IMG/VR virus record: IMGVR_UViG_3300032285_001316
Location: 1-64,000 of that record
Source: a virus
Length of the DNA stretch: 64,000 nucleotides
Direction: 5' to 3' (one strand)
Below the pieces are notes generated by a model. It did not search any database. It was not told where the DNA came from and worked only from the letters and a program-made list of their open reading frames with translations. A program made the translations under genes and the position numbers. Of the stretch, positions 55,749 through 63,691 are shown piece by piece. The stretch's first letter is position 1. Every line of letters starts with the position of its first letter.

Positions 55749-55892
55749 ATGAGTGATAACTGGCGTAAGGCCCTAGAGCAGAAGGCCAAAGAAGCTGAGG
55801 CGGCGGATAAGCGTCCCCTGGCTACGGTTACTCCTATTACCCAGGCTCCAAGTGTTCGTTCAAAGATGCAGGCTGAGTCAAGTAAGCACTAA
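55749..55892 (+). CDS. Small leaderless protein (47 aa)
   Basis: TGGCACAAT-6nt-ATG; MSDNWRKALEQKAKEAEAA... Confidence 0.55.
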   Translation: MSDNWRKALEQKAKEAEAADKRPLATVTPITQAPSVRSKMQAESSKH

Positions 55893-55943
55893 AACAGCTT
55901 TGCTTACTAGCACAATTAATTAACAAGCTTTAAAGGAGCCCTC

Positions 55944-56183
55944 ATGGCTAAGAATCTCAAAGACTTTGGTAATAAGGTAGCTACAGCTGCTGGCTGGGCA
56001 ACAGTCCCTGCCATTGTTACCGCTCAAGCATTGGGTGCAGGCACTAACGTAGCTGCAAACTTGGGCGCTGCTGGCTTGGCTGCAGGTATCGGTGCTGGAG
56101 CTGCAGTAGTTGGCCAACGTCGTCAGGTTGTTCGCAACCGTAAGGCCCACGCAATGGACGCATTTAACAGCGCACGCAAGTAG
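55944..56183 (+). CDS. Ala/Gly-rich small protein
   Basis: SD AAAGGAG. Confidence 0.6.
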   Translation: MAKNLKDFGNKVATAAGWATVPAIVTAQALGAGTNVAANLGAAGLAAGIGAGAAVVGQRRQVVRNRKAHAMDAFNSARK

Positions 56184-56364
56184 CAGGGGCCTTCTTAGGT
56201 TAAAAAATGATGCGAAACCGCTATATCCTTAAGGGAGCCAACTACCTGGCAGCTGAGGCATATGCTGAAGAGCAGGGCTGGGAAGCCACCGAATGGATCT
56301 ATTTTGGCGCTACAACCGCCGAATTGATCATTATTGATCTCGAAGACAAGGATGTGAACTGGTA

Positions 56365-56562
56365 ATGCGCGACAATCACGAAGCACGTACCAATCTGTAC
56401 GAAACAGCCAAGAAAATCGGTCTAGGCAACAGCATCGAAGACCCTCAGACAGGCACACACTGGGTAGACCTCTCTGGCTTGACCCCCGAACAGGTGTACC
56501 AGCACCCTCTTTTTGGCTCTGAAAAGCCTTGGGAACGCGAAGAACGAGAAAAAGGCAAGTAA
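56365..56562 (+). CDS. Hypothetical protein
   Basis: ORF track. Confidence 0.5.
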   Translation: MRDNHEARTNLYETAKKIGLGNSIEDPQTGTHWVDLSGLTPEQVYQHPLFGSEKPWEREEREKGK

Positions 56563-56769
56563 ATGGCATCTATCTCTGACTCAATTGCCCTTATTGGCCT
56601 CATTTTGGGCTTTTCATTCCTCTACATCGTCAAATATGACAGTCTGAACCCCAAAACTAAGCGTTTTATGTGGGTTCTTGGCCTTCTTATCCTTCTCTAT
56701 GTTGTTTTTACTTACGCTGACGACTTCGTTATCGACGTAAAGAACTTCATTGCCGCGATCAACGCGTAA
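56563..56769 (+). CDS. Small two-TM membrane protein
   Basis: Hydrophobic segments. Confidence 0.55.
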   Translation: MASISDSIALIGLILGFSFLYIVKYDSLNPKTKRFMWVLGLLILLYVVFTYADDFVIDVKNFIAAINA

Positions 56770-56814
56770 AAAAATAGGTCGCGTCGGGAAAAAACGGGTA
56801 GGAAAGATAAAAGT

Positions 56815-57066
56815 ATGGGCCAGAGCAAGCGTGGGCGCACCTTTAAAACGGGTGAAGCCAAAAAAAGCTACTATGAGCGCCTAGAGCACTACAATGCTAC
56901 TGGGACATGGCCTAAGGCTAAAAGTGCTCTTAGCGGGGCACAGAAGGCTCCTGAGGCACATTCTGAGGTGCATCCAGAAGAACAAGCGCCTGCAGCTGCT
57001 CCTCACCCCACTCTTTTTGATCTAGACATCCCTACCCCACCTTCTAGGGGCACGTTCGACCACTAG
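56815..57066 (+). CDS. Hypothetical protein
   Basis: ORF track. Confidence 0.5.
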   Translation: MGQSKRGRTFKTGEAKKSYYERLEHYNATGTWPKAKSALSGAQKAPEAHSEVHPEEQAPAAAPHPTLFDLDIPTPPSRGTFDH

Positions 57067-57074
57067 TAGCCTTA

Positions 57075-57157
57075 TTGACACCGTTTTTTTATGGTGTAAC
57101 ATAGTTACTAGCTGGGCGGCGGTTTTTCCTCCTTTCTTCCGCCGCCTAGCCTTTTCT
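57075..57157 (+). ncRNA. Candidate ~50-nt sRNA: promoter + hairpin displaying an anti-SD loop
   Basis: TTGACA-16nt-TAACAT, then a 12-bp stem gctgggcggcgg/ccgccgcctagc with loop tttttCCTCCTTTCTt and a U tail. Confidence 0.55.
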
Positions 57158-57231
57158 CAGTTTTTTTAGGCAATGCCTTCTGAGGTTGTTCTCTACACTT
57201 AAAAATAGAGATTACAACCCTAGGAGATATC

Positions 57232-58395
57232 TTGACTATTTACGACTTCCCACCCATGACATGGAGCGACTTCCTCGCTATCCCAGATGGTGAGACTGTC
57301 CACAACTACGGCGCGCAGGAATGTGTCGCTCTTGCAAACCTGTACGCAACATCCGTACTTGGCTGCAACCTCCGCACTGTAAACATCGGTTCTGCCGAAG
57401 AGTGGTGGACCACTGACGCGATCCTCGATGCATGGGGCTTTGACCGTGTTACCGAAAACCCACAGGTTGGTGACATCTTCATTGGTTCGTTCGGTCTGTA
57501 TGACAGCCAGTTCGGTCACATCGGTGTTGTTGTCCGTGCATGGGATGGCTCGACCTTCGGAACCATGGAGCAGAACGTAGGCCGTGAGGTTGTCTCACGT
57601 CACGACCGCACCATGCGTAACATTGACGGATTCCTGCGTACCCGCAACCAGGCTGCTATTGGTGGGGGCGCTCCTACACCTGCCCCTGCAGCTAACCTCG
57701 CTCCTACACAGCGTCAGGCTGGCCCTCTCGGTGTATTCCGTCGTGCAGAGCCTAATCAGTCGTCAGAGCACCTTGACGGTGACCTCGAGGCTGGCGAAGT
57801 TGGTAACTTCGTAGGCTATGTCCACGGTGAAGACCGTGGCGGAAACGACATCTGGTTCCAGGGTGTATCGGGCAACTACTTCTGGTCAGGTGCCTTCACA
57901 GACTCAGGAACACACGATTTGCCTGATCTGAACGCTCCTGCAGCTCCTGCACCTGCTCCCGAGCCAGCACCAGTGGCTGACCCAGCTCCAGCAGCACCCG
58001 TTGCTGATCCAGCTCCCGTAGAGCCTGCGCTTGTAAATGTAGACCCTACTCCCCTCCCCTCCGTAACCCCCACCTCAACAACGTCTGACGTTGTTGCCCC
58101 AGTAAAGGAAGCCCCCGTGCCACTCACCGCTGAAGAAATTGCAAAGCAAACCGCTTCGATCGAGGCTCTTCCCGAGCCAGACCTCGGTGCGATCATCCCT
58201 ACCGCTAAGGGTCGCAAGGTTGCTTACGCACTGTACGCAGGTGTTTCACTTGTCGTAGCTAACACCGCAGTAGCATTCGCCGCACTCCAGACGGCATTCC
58301 CCGCATGGTTGGTAGTTGCCCTTGCCGTAGTTGGCAACCTGGCCACACCATTCAGCGCGATTGCTATCGCCAACGCGAAGAACGCATCTAAGTAA
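57232..58395 (+). CDS. Endolysin: CHAP domain + wall-binding region + Pro/Ala linker + C-terminal two-TM domain
   Basis: QECVAL (Cys), FGHIG (His), EQN; V.G...G..IWF cell-wall-binding-like segment; hydrophobic tail. Confidence 0.85.
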   Translation: MTIYDFPPMTWSDFLAIPDGETVHNYGAQECVALANLYATSVLGCNLRTVNIGSAEEWWTTDAILDAWGFDRVTENPQVGDIFIGSFGLYDSQFGHIGVVVRAWDGSTFGTMEQNVGREVVSRHDRTMRNIDGFLRTRNQAAIGGGAPTPAPAANLAPTQRQAGPLGVFRRAEPNQSSEHLDGDLEAGEVGNFVGYVHGEDRGGNDIWFQGVSGNYFWSGAFTDSGTHDLPDLNAPAAPAPAPEPAPVADPAPAAPVADPAPVEPALVNVDPTPLPSVTPTSTTSDVVAPVKEAPVPLTAEEIAKQTASIEALPEPDLGAIIPTAKGRKVAYALYAGVSLVVANTAVAFAALQTAFPAWLVVALAVVGNLATPFSAIAIANAKNASK

Positions 58396-58411
58396 CACCC
58401 GACAAGGAATT

Positions 58412-58450
58412 TCCCCCAGTAGCTGAAAAGTTATTGGGGGATTTTTCTTT
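58412..58450 (+). terminator. Rho-independent terminator
   Basis: tcccccagtagc-loop-gttattggggga + T run. Confidence 0.75.
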
Positions 58451-58569
58451 GTTAGTAGAAGGGTCCTTTGCTCCTAAGTTGTAGACTGGAAATCCTTCAA
58501 GCCGCTCCTTGCCTTTCGAGATGTGGGGCGGCATTTTTCACCCCTAATTACAAACGAAAAGAGACCGCC

Positions 58570-59547
58570 ATGGGCATTCTAGGAACGGGCATTCAAGAGG
58601 GAATTCTCCTCAAGCCAATCAAATATCAGTGGGCAATGGACCTTTATGACCAGGCGGTAGCAAATACCTGGTTCCCTAATGAAATTCAACTGGGTGAAGA
58701 TATTGCAGACTTCAAAAAGATGTCTGAGGATGAGCAGCATGCCATCACCTTCCTGCTGTCATTCTTTAACCCCTCTGAGCTCATTGTAAACAAGGCCCTA
58801 GCATTTGGCGTGTACCCCTATCTAAACGCGCCAGAAGCCCATTTATACCTTGCTAAGCAGATGTGGGAGGAAGCCAACCACTGCATGAGCTTTGAGTACG
58901 TTCTGGAGACTTTCCCCGTGGATCGTGCCAAGATCTATGACCAGCACGTATCTGTACCCTCTATCAAGGCCAAGGAGGACTTTGAGGTCAAGTTCATTAA
59001 GCGAATGACCGAGCAGACTCTCGACATCACTACTGTAGAGGGCAAGCAGGACTTCGTACGCAACCTGGTGGCCTACTCGGTCATTATGGAAGGCATCTGG
59101 TTCTACAGCGGCTTTATGACCGCTTTGTCGTTCCGTCAGCGTAACCTACTTCGTAACTTTGCCTCGTTGATCGACTGGGTAGTGCGCGACGAAAGCCTCC
59201 ACCTCAAGTTCGGCATTAATCTCATTGTGACCGTACTGGAAGAGAACCCAGAGATTGTTACTGAGGAGTTTGCCGCTGAGATCCGCAAGATGATTCTGGA
59301 TGCTGTAGACATGGAAATCGCGTACAACCAGGACCAGTTCCCCAACGGTATCCTCGGTCTAAACGCTAAGTACGTAGCTCAGTACACGCAGTACCTGGCA
59401 GATCGTCGCCTGGAAGAACTTGGGTTTGCTCCTGAGTACAACGTGGCTAACCCAGCCCAGTGGATGGCCACAGCTAACGATACTCTGCAGCTCGTGAACT
59501 TCTTTGAGTCCACCAACACTTCGTACGAAAGTAACGGAGCAAAGTAG
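58570..59547 (+). CDS. nrdB: Ribonucleotide reductase R2 (beta) subunit, class Ic-like signature
   Basis: W.P.EI...D, EEANH, MEGIWFYSGF, RDESLH, NFFE...Y. Confidence 0.93.
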   Translation: MGILGTGIQEGILLKPIKYQWAMDLYDQAVANTWFPNEIQLGEDIADFKKMSEDEQHAITFLLSFFNPSELIVNKALAFGVYPYLNAPEAHLYLAKQMWEEANHCMSFEYVLETFPVDRAKIYDQHVSVPSIKAKEDFEVKFIKRMTEQTLDITTVEGKQDFVRNLVAYSVIMEGIWFYSGFMTALSFRQRNLLRNFASLIDWVVRDESLHLKFGINLIVTVLEENPEIVTEEFAAEIRKMILDAVDMEIAYNQDQFPNGILGLNAKYVAQYTQYLADRRLEELGFAPEYNVANPAQWMATANDTLQLVNFFESTNTSYESNGAK

Positions 59548-59549
59548 TC

Positions 59550-59715
59550 TGCTACACTAATCACGAAAGCTAACACAGGCTGTTAGCCGTAGGACTCTCC
59601 TTAACGGGAGGTGCCCTAGCTGGGCCTCACGAGTGTGCCCCTCCAAAACAGTTGTATGCCATAACCCCCGCCGTTGACCTCCCTACTATCTGGGAATGCC
59701 GATGACGGGGGTTTT
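59550..59715 (+). ncRNA. Candidate structured ncRNA 1
   Basis: TGC-TACACT extended -10; hairpins GCTAACA/TGTTAGC, CTCC/GGAG, GCCC/GGGC; terminator aacccc..ggggtttt; no ORF. Confidence 0.45.
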
Positions 59716-59716
59716 G

Positions 59717-59885
59717 TGCTAATATCTCTACTACGAGACTGAGCCTCTGTTGGACAAGTTACTGCAGTAACCCCATCACGCAAATGAGCTTAGCTAGCTC
59801 CCCCAGGTATCAGGGCGGTCATATTTGAGGCGGTACCGCCGCACACCCCCATCACTAAGCGCTCTACAGTTGGTGGGGGTTTTGT
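59717..59885 (+). ncRNA. Candidate structured ncRNA 2
   Basis: TGC-TAATAT extended -10; palindromes GTTACTGCAGTAAC, GAGCT..AGCTC, GGCGGTACCGCC; terminator accccc..gggggtttt. Confidence 0.4.
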
Positions 59886-59893
59886 GTTTACAA

Positions 59894-59925
59894 AAAGCCC
59901 CCCAGTAGTTAGCTGGGGGGCTTCT
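59894..59925 (-). terminator. Terminator of the NlpC/P60 gene (possibly bidirectional)
   Basis: aaaaagccccccag...ctggggggctt. Confidence 0.75.
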
Positions 59926-59936
59926 TATTGGCTGTC

Positions 59937-60446
59937 TTAAGACAGCCGAATGATCACTGCATAGTGGGATGGGGAACCATCTGTTGATGTCTCAACAGTG
60001 CGTCCTTCAAACCCCCCCTGAACAGCAACACCATTGCCAGCGTAAATGGCCACATGGCCCCAACGCATCATGATGTCTCCTGGCTTGGCATCAGCCGCTG
60101 TTACTCGTGTACCGTATCCCCCGAAGTCCATAGGACCGAGGTCTCCAACGCTAAAGCCGATAGATCGTAGGGATTTCTCAACTAGAGCGGTGCAGTCTTG
60201 ACGTACACCGAGTTGTGATCGTGCAGCGGCAAGTAGCGCCAACCCAGCATCATAAGCTGGGGCTGCGGGTGCGGGAGCAATAACTACTTCAGGTACAACA
60301 GTTTCCTGTGTAACTGGAGCGTTGCTCGCTTCGATGATTTCTTCTCCGTGAGCAGGAGCCGCATTTGCGAGCGTAGCTGCTACTAGAAGAACGGAAGCCA
60401 CCAAACTAGTGGTGGCTACTTTTGTTACTGTGATTAGCTTCTGCAC
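59937..60446 (-). CDS. Secreted NlpC/P60 peptidoglycan endopeptidase
   Basis: Signal peptide (..ANAAPAHG); AARSQLG..DCTALV, PGDI, GHVAIYAGNG. Confidence 0.85.
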   Translation of the reverse strand: MQKLITVTKVATTSLVASVLLVAATLANAAPAHGEEIIEASNAPVTQETVVPEVVIAPAPAAPAYDAGLALLAAARSQLGVRQDCTALVEKSLRSIGFSVGDLGPMDFGGYGTRVTAADAKPGDIMMRWGHVAIYAGNGVAVQGGFEGRTVETSTDGSPSHYAVIIRLS

Positions 60447-60554
60447 CTGGGTTCACGTCCTTTCAGCCCGTGGGTATTTCCCGTGGCTTGTTCTAGTGAC
60501 TTGCGTGTGAAGTTGTCTGAATAGACTAGCACACGTTTTGGTGCTGTTAACCTG

Positions 60555-60926
60555 CTAGCAACCTCCCACCCCAACAATGGGACATATCCACTGAGGGTTA
60601 ACTGTGCTTGTAGGTGTGGGTGTTGGCGTGGGTACAGGGGTTGCACTTGGGAGGGGGACTTGTGTGGGAGAAGGGGTCGGAGTAGGCGTTGCGACTATAG
60701 CGGGAGCCTGAGGAACTACTGGGGGCGCGGGAGCTACAGGAGCTACCTGTGCTGGTGCTGCGGGAATCAGGGGTTGTCCTACAGGGGCACTGACAACTGT
60801 TATGTTTAGGGATTTTATGAGGCTCTCCATTGAACTCATTCCCAAAGGGTACGCCCAGCTTATTACCCATAGAAAAAAGGGTATAAATAAGACGCTAAGT
60901 AAAAAGTTAAGTAATAACTTAATCAT
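60555..60926 (-). CDS. Membrane-anchored Pro/Thr-rich protein
   Basis: N-terminal TM; PTPTP repeats. Confidence 0.55.
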   Translation of the reverse strand: MIKLLLNFLLSVLFIPFFLWVISWAYPLGMSSMESLIKSLNITVVSAPVGQPLIPAAPAQVAPVAPAPPVVPQAPAIVATPTPTPSPTQVPLPSATPVPTPTPTPTSTVNPQWICPIVGVGGC

Positions 60927-60978
60927 GTTGAACACAGTACCCCTGTGTGTTAGAGTAGTCAAGCCCCCAGAGGGCAAT

Positions 60979-61055
60979 GCCCCCTTAACTCAGTTGGTCA
61001 GAGTGCGATACTTGTAATATCGAAGTCAGGCGTTCGAACCGCCTAGGGGGCCCCA
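60979..61055 (+). tRNA. tRNA-Thr(UGU)
   Basis: Acceptor GCCCCCT/AGGGGGC, anticodon arm CGATA-CTTGTAA-TATCG, T loop GTTCGAA, encoded CCA. Confidence 0.93.
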
Positions 61056-61091
61056 TTTGTCCACATTAATGCTAGCTGCTATACTTTTTAC

Positions 61092-61550
61092 ATGAAACTT
61101 TGTCATGTATGTAAAGAAGGCCCAGTAGTTAATTCTGGAAAGTGTCGCCCATGCTACAACGCCTACATGCTTACGTACACTACTGCACGATATCACCGTC
61201 GCCGCAAGGAAGCAATTGAAAAGCTGGGCGGAGCGTGTGTTGTTTGCGGTGCTGTTGACGGGCTAGAGTTTGACCACAAAGACTCTAAAGATAAGGCTTT
61301 GGAAATCAGTAAGGTTCTGACTCACTCTTGGGCAAAGATCGACACGGAACTGTCTAAGTGCCAGCTACTATGCAATAGCTGCCACGTAGAAAAGAGTTTC
61401 CGAGAAGGAGACATTGAGTCTGTAGAGCATGGCGGTGGAAAAACAGGTAAACGAAATTGTCGTTGCGAACTTTGCAAGCCACTAAAGAACGCTTACATGC
61501 GAGAACTTAAAAATAAACGACGCACAGCCCTAGAACTACAGAAAGAGTAA
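61092..61550 (+). CDS. HNH endonuclease next to tRNA, leaderless
   Basis: LGGACVVCG..LEFDH.D..K..C.LLC..CH; TATACT-6nt-ATG. Confidence 0.85.
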   Translation: MKLCHVCKEGPVVNSGKCRPCYNAYMLTYTTARYHRRRKEAIEKLGGACVVCGAVDGLEFDHKDSKDKALEISKVLTHSWAKIDTELSKCQLLCNSCHVEKSFREGDIESVEHGGGKTGKRNCRCELCKPLKNAYMRELKNKRRTALELQKE

Positions 61551-61552
61551 AA

Positions 61553-61861
61553 ATGATCAAGCACATCACGCAAGATGAATACGCAGAGGCTACAGGCAGC
61601 GGTCTGAAGCTTGTTAAGTTCTGGGCACCATGGTGCACGTCCTGTGTAGCTATTGAGCCTGTCCTTCAGCAGGTACAGGAACAGATCCCCAGCGTAGACG
61701 TTCTTAAGATTAACGTAGAGGATGCCGTGGAGTTCTGCATGGGTCTGGGCGTCTCTGGGCTTCCTGCTTTGCACCTTTACAAGGATGGCGAAGTAGTTTG
61801 GAAAGAAAAGGGCGCTAAGCCTTTCGGCTATTTGGTAGAGAAGATCTCACCGTTCGTCTAA
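61553..61861 (+). CDS. trxA: Thioredoxin
   Basis: VKFWAPWCTSC, KINVE, GLP, G. Confidence 0.88.
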   Translation: MIKHITQDEYAEATGSGLKLVKFWAPWCTSCVAIEPVLQQVQEQIPSVDVLKINVEDAVEFCMGLGVSGLPALHLYKDGEVVWKEKGAKPFGYLVEKISPFV

Positions 61862-61908
61862 AACGGTTTAGGGGGTTGGCGAGTACGTCAGCCCCCTATA
61901 CTTTTTAG

Positions 61909-62382
61909 ATGAGTAGAAACAACGAGTTCGAGACACAGCGTGCGCTACACAAGCGCAACGACACTGTCGTATTCGATCTCGACGGCACTATTGCCGATAC
62001 CATGACTTACGAAAAGCACCACAAGGCTAAAAAGGGCAAGAACGAAGACTTTGCCAAGGAAGCTCTTGATGTAGGTGTCAATGACGACATCCTAAAAAAA
62101 ATGAAAAAGGCCGCTGATCAGGGAAAAAACGTTGTTATCCTGACTGCTCGCTCTGCTCACTACCGCGATGAAACCAAGAAGTGGCTTCATGAGAACGGTG
62201 TTCCTCACGACGCTTTGGTTATGCGTCCTACCGATAACACAGACAAAGACGCCAAAGTAAAGCGCAATTTGCTTGAGGAAAACATCCTTCCAGAGTTCGA
62301 TGTCAAGAAAGCATACGACGATAGGGCAAAAAATCGTCGAATGTTTGAGAAACTTGGTATTAACGCTAAAGGAGTAAAGTAA
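61909..62382 (+). CDS. HAD phosphatase (PNKP 3'-phosphatase-like)
   Basis: FDLDGT, LTAR, T..WL, L.MRP, K, YDDR; N-terminal MSRNNEF motif. Confidence 0.85.
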   Translation: MSRNNEFETQRALHKRNDTVVFDLDGTIADTMTYEKHHKAKKGKNEDFAKEALDVGVNDDILKKMKKAADQGKNVVILTARSAHYRDETKKWLHENGVPHDALVMRPTDNTDKDAKVKRNLLEENILPEFDVKKAYDDRAKNRRMFEKLGINAKGVK

Positions 62383-62564
62383 TGTGCGCAGGTTGTGGTA
62401 GCAGCGGTCAGTTCACTGACAATAATGGCGCACAGTCTGACACAGGCTCAGTAGCGGAAAACTCTAAGTACACTGGCGCTAGTTCTACTGACGAGAAGTT
62501 TGAGGGACAACACCCTGGCAGCGAGGCTAACCCCCGCATTGGAAATGTAGGTTGGGGTAACTAG
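62382..62564 (+). CDS. Hypothetical small protein
   Basis: MCAGCG start; TAATG coupling. Confidence 0.55.
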   Translation: MCAGCGSSGQFTDNNGAQSDTGSVAENSKYTGASSTDEKFEGQHPGSEANPRIGNVGWGN

Positions 62565-62887
62565 TGAAGCAGCAGAGAAAGCTTAAAGATCAAACTACTG
62601 GCATGTTTGCTGGTCCTCGCGGATCTATCGGGCAGTACGACACCGAGAACGCAGCAGAAACATCGGGAACCACATACGGTGGTCAGGGCCTAGGTTGGTT
62701 CTGGCAAGGATATCCAGCAGTAATCGGTGGACTTACTGAGTACGACCCTCGGGCTTTACAGCCAGGGTCTAACCTCAATGCAGCTCAGTTTAACTCGGAC
62801 ACACTAGCTAAACGGGCTGGTTACGATGACAACGTTTCTACTGGCGCTAGCGTGGGCGGCACAGCCCCGTACATGGGAGCAATCTAA
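62564..62887 (+). CDS. Gly-rich hypothetical protein
   Basis: Contains SNLNAAQF. Confidence 0.6.
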   Translation: MKQQRKLKDQTTGMFAGPRGSIGQYDTENAAETSGTTYGGQGLGWFWQGYPAVIGGLTEYDPRALQPGSNLNAAQFNSDTLAKRAGYDDNVSTGASVGGTAPYMGAI

Positions 62888-63135
62888 TGGCATTTGCAGC
62901 ACTTATTCCCGAGTTGCTTGCTGGCGGAGAGGCCGCTGGAGCAGGCGCAGGACTCTTCGGTGGTAGAGTGGCCGCTGGTGGACTTTTCGGATCCACCGAA
63001 GCCGAGGCAGCAGGAAACATTGCCTCTATGGCCCCTAGTGGACGACGTGTAAACGGAAACGTAAGTTCACAGCAGCAGTCAATTGCTTCTCCTGTGTACC
63101 ACCCAGAAACTACGGCTGAGGAAATCCACGGATGA
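62887..63135 (+). CDS. Ala/Gly-rich hypothetical protein
   Basis: TAATG coupling. Confidence 0.55.
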   Translation: MAFAALIPELLAGGEAAGAGAGLFGGRVAAGGLFGSTEAEAAGNIASMAPSGRRVNGNVSSQQQSIASPVYHPETTAEEIHG

Positions 63136-63323
63136 TCCCCCGTAAACCACTGCGACCCAACAACAGTCGCAAGTCTTTGAAGCAGCTCTTTAACTCAGCA
63201 GCTGCCCCTGCACCATTTGTGAAGTCTATTGAAGAACCATCTATCGCAACATACGCTGGACCAGGCCGTCAAAACGGCGAGGGCTTTGGGGGCGGCAACC
63301 GAGTAACGAGGCGTCAGCGATGA
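63132..63323 (+). CDS. Basic hypothetical protein
   Basis: ATGA coupling. Confidence 0.5.
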   Translation: MIPRKPLRPNNSRKSLKQLFNSAAAPAPFVKSIEEPSIATYAGPGRQNGEGFGGGNRVTRRQR

Positions 63324-63691
63324 CCATTCAAGACGTTCTCTATTGGGCTGCTGCCATTATCGCGATTGGCGGTGCGGGTACAGTGGTGTGGAAAATTACT
63401 AAGCCCCTGGTTGTTCAGACCAAGAAACTACTTCACTCTCTCGACAAGTTTACTGAAGACTGGTTTGGCACAGAGGCGGGACCTGGTAGGGACGCTGTTC
63501 CAGGAGTAATGGCTCGACTCAACAACATTGACGGTGAACTCAAGCACAACGGCGGGTCTACAATGAAAGATGCGGTTAAGCGCATTGAGGAACGCCTGAC
63601 TACTATCGACGGTAGACTTGAAGAAGGAAACGCTCGTTTTGACGAGTTTGACAAGCGCCTTACAGAAGTTGAAAAAGGATCACAATCATAA
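63320..63691 (+). CDS. Membrane protein, DUF2746-like
   Basis: N-terminal TM; DWFG..PGVM.RL..EL.HNGGSTMKDAV. Confidence 0.7.
   Translation: MTIQDVLYWAAAIIAIGGAGTVVWKITKPLVVQTKKLLHSLDKFTEDWFGTEAGPGRDAVPGVMARLNNIDGELKHNGGSTMKDAVKRIEERLTTIDGRLEEGNARFDEFDKRLTEVEKGSQS

Noticed and set aside
60447-60545. c-di-AMP (ydaO) riboswitch upstream of NlpC/P60
   Set aside because: The context fits, but the conserved GCUGAAUCC...GGGAACC...GGGUGAAUC pattern is not present in order.
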